Source: Eledone cirrhosa (taxonomy: Eukaryota). Taken from it: DNA of 64,000 bases. Every line of letters starts with the position of its first letter. Position 1 is the first letter of the stretch. Made by a program: the position numbers and the translations under genes. Below the pieces are notes generated by a model. That model saw only the letters and a program-made list of their open reading frames with translations, was not told the DNA's origin and made no database searches. The stretch covers positions 146,010,001 through 146,074,000 of the forward strand of contig OZ024743.1 in the NCBI GenBank assembly GCA_964016885.1, read 5' to 3'. Shown piece by piece: positions 61,701-64,000 of the stretch.

Positions 61701-63013
61701 TTCTTTTTCCCCTTACCACCATCTCCACCTCGCTGCGACCTCTACCTTAAATTTTCCTGCCGTCAACTGCCCTTATGATGCTCTTCCCTCTCCACTTTTC
61801 CACCACCCCCGTGTCCACGAGGGCTCGTAATGGCTTTCCCTTCACCAGGAATTTCACCACAGGCAGTGCCTCTACACTGGAGGGGTAGCTACCGGCGCAA
61901 TAACTCCCCTTGGACCGTTTCCCTGGTCGCAATTGGTAGCGATGTGGCCCGGTAGCAAATTATGTCTGGTGTCGACTCCTTACAATCTCTCACCATGTGC
62001 GCACCCTGGCACCTATAACAACGACCCCTAAACGTGCATGGGCGACTGTTCACCGTGTTTGTTGCCCTTTCGGCATTTTGCTGTCGGCTGCCCTGGGCCC
62101 CCATCGCCGCTATTGCCACAACACTCTTCTTAGCATCATCCGCTATGATGCGGGCTTGCTCTACCAATGTACACATCTCCATTTCCTTGTAGCCAGGTAT
62201 TTGTTGCAGTCTCACTGCGATGTCATCCCTAAAACCGTTTATAAATGCCAGCCGCACTGCACACTTGCACTCGACCTGAAACTCCACCAGCATGGCCAAT
62301 CTCCTTTTCTCCGCAGCAAAAATATCCACACGCTGACCTTCCCACCTTATTCTTGCCATCTTGGCAAACGCGGTACATGGACCTTCCGCAAACGCCTTTA
62401 TCATACGCTGTTCAATTTTTTGCATGTCCCTCTGGCTGATTTCGTCCATCTCGAGGTACAATGCTAGCGCATCCCCCTCGAGCTATAGCGCCATGAGACC
62501 GGCCACATCGTCTATCTTTTGTAGCTTGGCGACCACCCCAACCTTTCGCATCCAAGCGATAACATCTCCTTCACCGGTAAAAGCTTTAAGTACTTCACCG
62601 CTCAACCGTAAACTCGTTGCCATCTCTTTAGTCCTGTGGTAAGCTCGCGGTAAGTGATAAAACAAGATTCTTTCTTTTTTTTTTTTTTTTTTTTTTCAAT
62701 TGTACGTCTTCATATGCCGAAATAGCTTGTGGTGAGAAAGCTATTCCACTTACCGTGAGTCTGCTTGTTCACTCCAAGCCGGGCATCAATCTCCGTCGTT
62801 ATAATCAAGTCGCCAAGCTGCAGCTTAATCCGGTACGTCCGTCTTGCTCCAAGTCGCTGTGAGAGATACCTTATGGACGCAACCTACAGATGCCACCTCG
62901 GAAACGCATAGCCCCAGCCTACGGACGCCGCCTCAAACACATCTCGCCTCACTCCTCCTTCGCCTCCGGTCAAGCATCCCACATCTGACGTCACCTCCCC
63001 ACACAGCCCCACA
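58764..63013 (-). mobile_element. Ty3/Gypsy LTR retrotransposon, full length, decayed
   Basis: LTRs 58764 to about 59073 and 62728-63013; TSD GTAAC; gag with CYRCQGAHMVRDC, PR ALVDTG, RT RPVLDFRELN and LGFGLNSAP, RH WCDASS, IN with HHCC, LAVDVT, LMDN and GNGIMER; G-rich PPT. Confidence 0.95.
59130..62623 (-). pseudogene. gag-pol pseudogene (PR-RT-RH-IN order)
   Basis: Collinear ORF fragments with stops and frameshifts; the RT catalytic YxDD has degenerated to NIVN. Confidence 0.9.
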
Positions 63014-64000
63014 GTAACATTGAAGAAATGTTTATTTTCTGTATATGAAAGTAAATCAAGAGGCAAAGGTATTTCTAACAAATTCACATGAGATGTTGAC
63101 TCTTTTCTATACATATGTGATTGTATCTCTTATACTCAACCATAATCGTTGGACTATTTCTCAAAAGATAGTAGTTTTGAAGCTCTGACAGACATTGAAA
63201 TAACTTGTTGGAGCAACTTTTTCTTTTTGATTCTTAATCCTTTAGCTACTACAATGATATATATGTCGTTTATCAAATAATTGCTACACTGACACATACA
63301 TTGCCTTTATAGATGAAGGTTAAAATTTGTTTAATTTTGTTGTATCAACTGGAGATTGCTAGAGCCATTGGCTCTTTACATTTTGAGTTTAAATCCTGCT
63401 GATGTCAACTTTGCCTTCCATAATTCTGGAGTGAATAAAACAAAGTGCTAATCAAAATTCGTGACCTTGTGCTGATATTAGAAATGATTGTATGATAACT
63501 AGTAATCACTGCCATAACTAGAAGTGTTTTTATCAACTTAGACAAAGTTACAAAAGCAATTTTGTCTATGTTGAGGACTCAAATGGTTTTTTCCTCAAAA
63601 TGTGATATCGCAGATGAGGTAAGCCAAAGGTTGGTGGATTCTGATGATTCTTTAAGTTACTCAAAACCTGAAGATCATTTAAATGAATCCAATTTTGATG
63701 CTCTGACTTTAGACTGTGGAAGTGATAATAATTGTTTCTACTTTTGGCACAAGACCAGCAATTATTCCAGTGTATTACTGGTACTTTATTGAAAGTGATA
63801 ATAATAATAATAAATAGGTAGTGGGTAATGGATATTGGCTATGGTCATTACTCCAGGGAGTGACAACCCTGTCTGTCACAAGTCCTAGGCTCAGCTGGCT
63901 CCAGCTGACAGCACCTGGTATGGATCCCTCACTAGAGTTTTGGAATAACAAATCTCTGTGATCAAGAAACACCCGGTTAATATCTGAATCGGTTCAGTCC

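Noticed and set aside
63562-63792. Acidic 76-aa ORF, possibly a piggyBac transposase start or an exon
   Set aside because: No diagnostic motif, and it runs into a SINE.

Overview
AT-rich, repeat-dense eukaryotic DNA. The RTE LINEs with (GAT)n tails, (TA)n/(CA)n microsatellites and SINE types suggest a cephalopod such as Octopus; this is inference. One host gene can be reconstructed by eye: Spindly (SPDL1), on the minus strand, with 10 coding exons from 27707 to 5303 (1116 aa) and a probable non-coding first exon near 29802. It carries the CC1 box, the Spindly motif [12 protein letters not shown] and a C-terminal CaaX (CTQQ), plus an unusual acidic N-terminal extension of about 530 aa. The rest is transposon debris: a Helitron, many RTE copies with a PHD-like finger inside the RT, a 5'-inverted RTE, CR1 and CRE-clade LINEs, mariner and maT transposons, foldback elements with minimal hammerhead motifs, solo LTRs and three two-LTR elements. 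Two signals stand out, both about retrotransposon priming. (1) A Ty3/Gypsy element (58764-63013) has a primer-binding site complementary to the FIRST 12 nt of tRNA-Phe rather than to a tRNA 3' end. (2) A young non-autonomous LTR element (55995-58038) has a tRNA-Trp PBS that extends to 32 nt, with its single mismatch exactly at the m1A58 position. All calls were made by eye without database searches.
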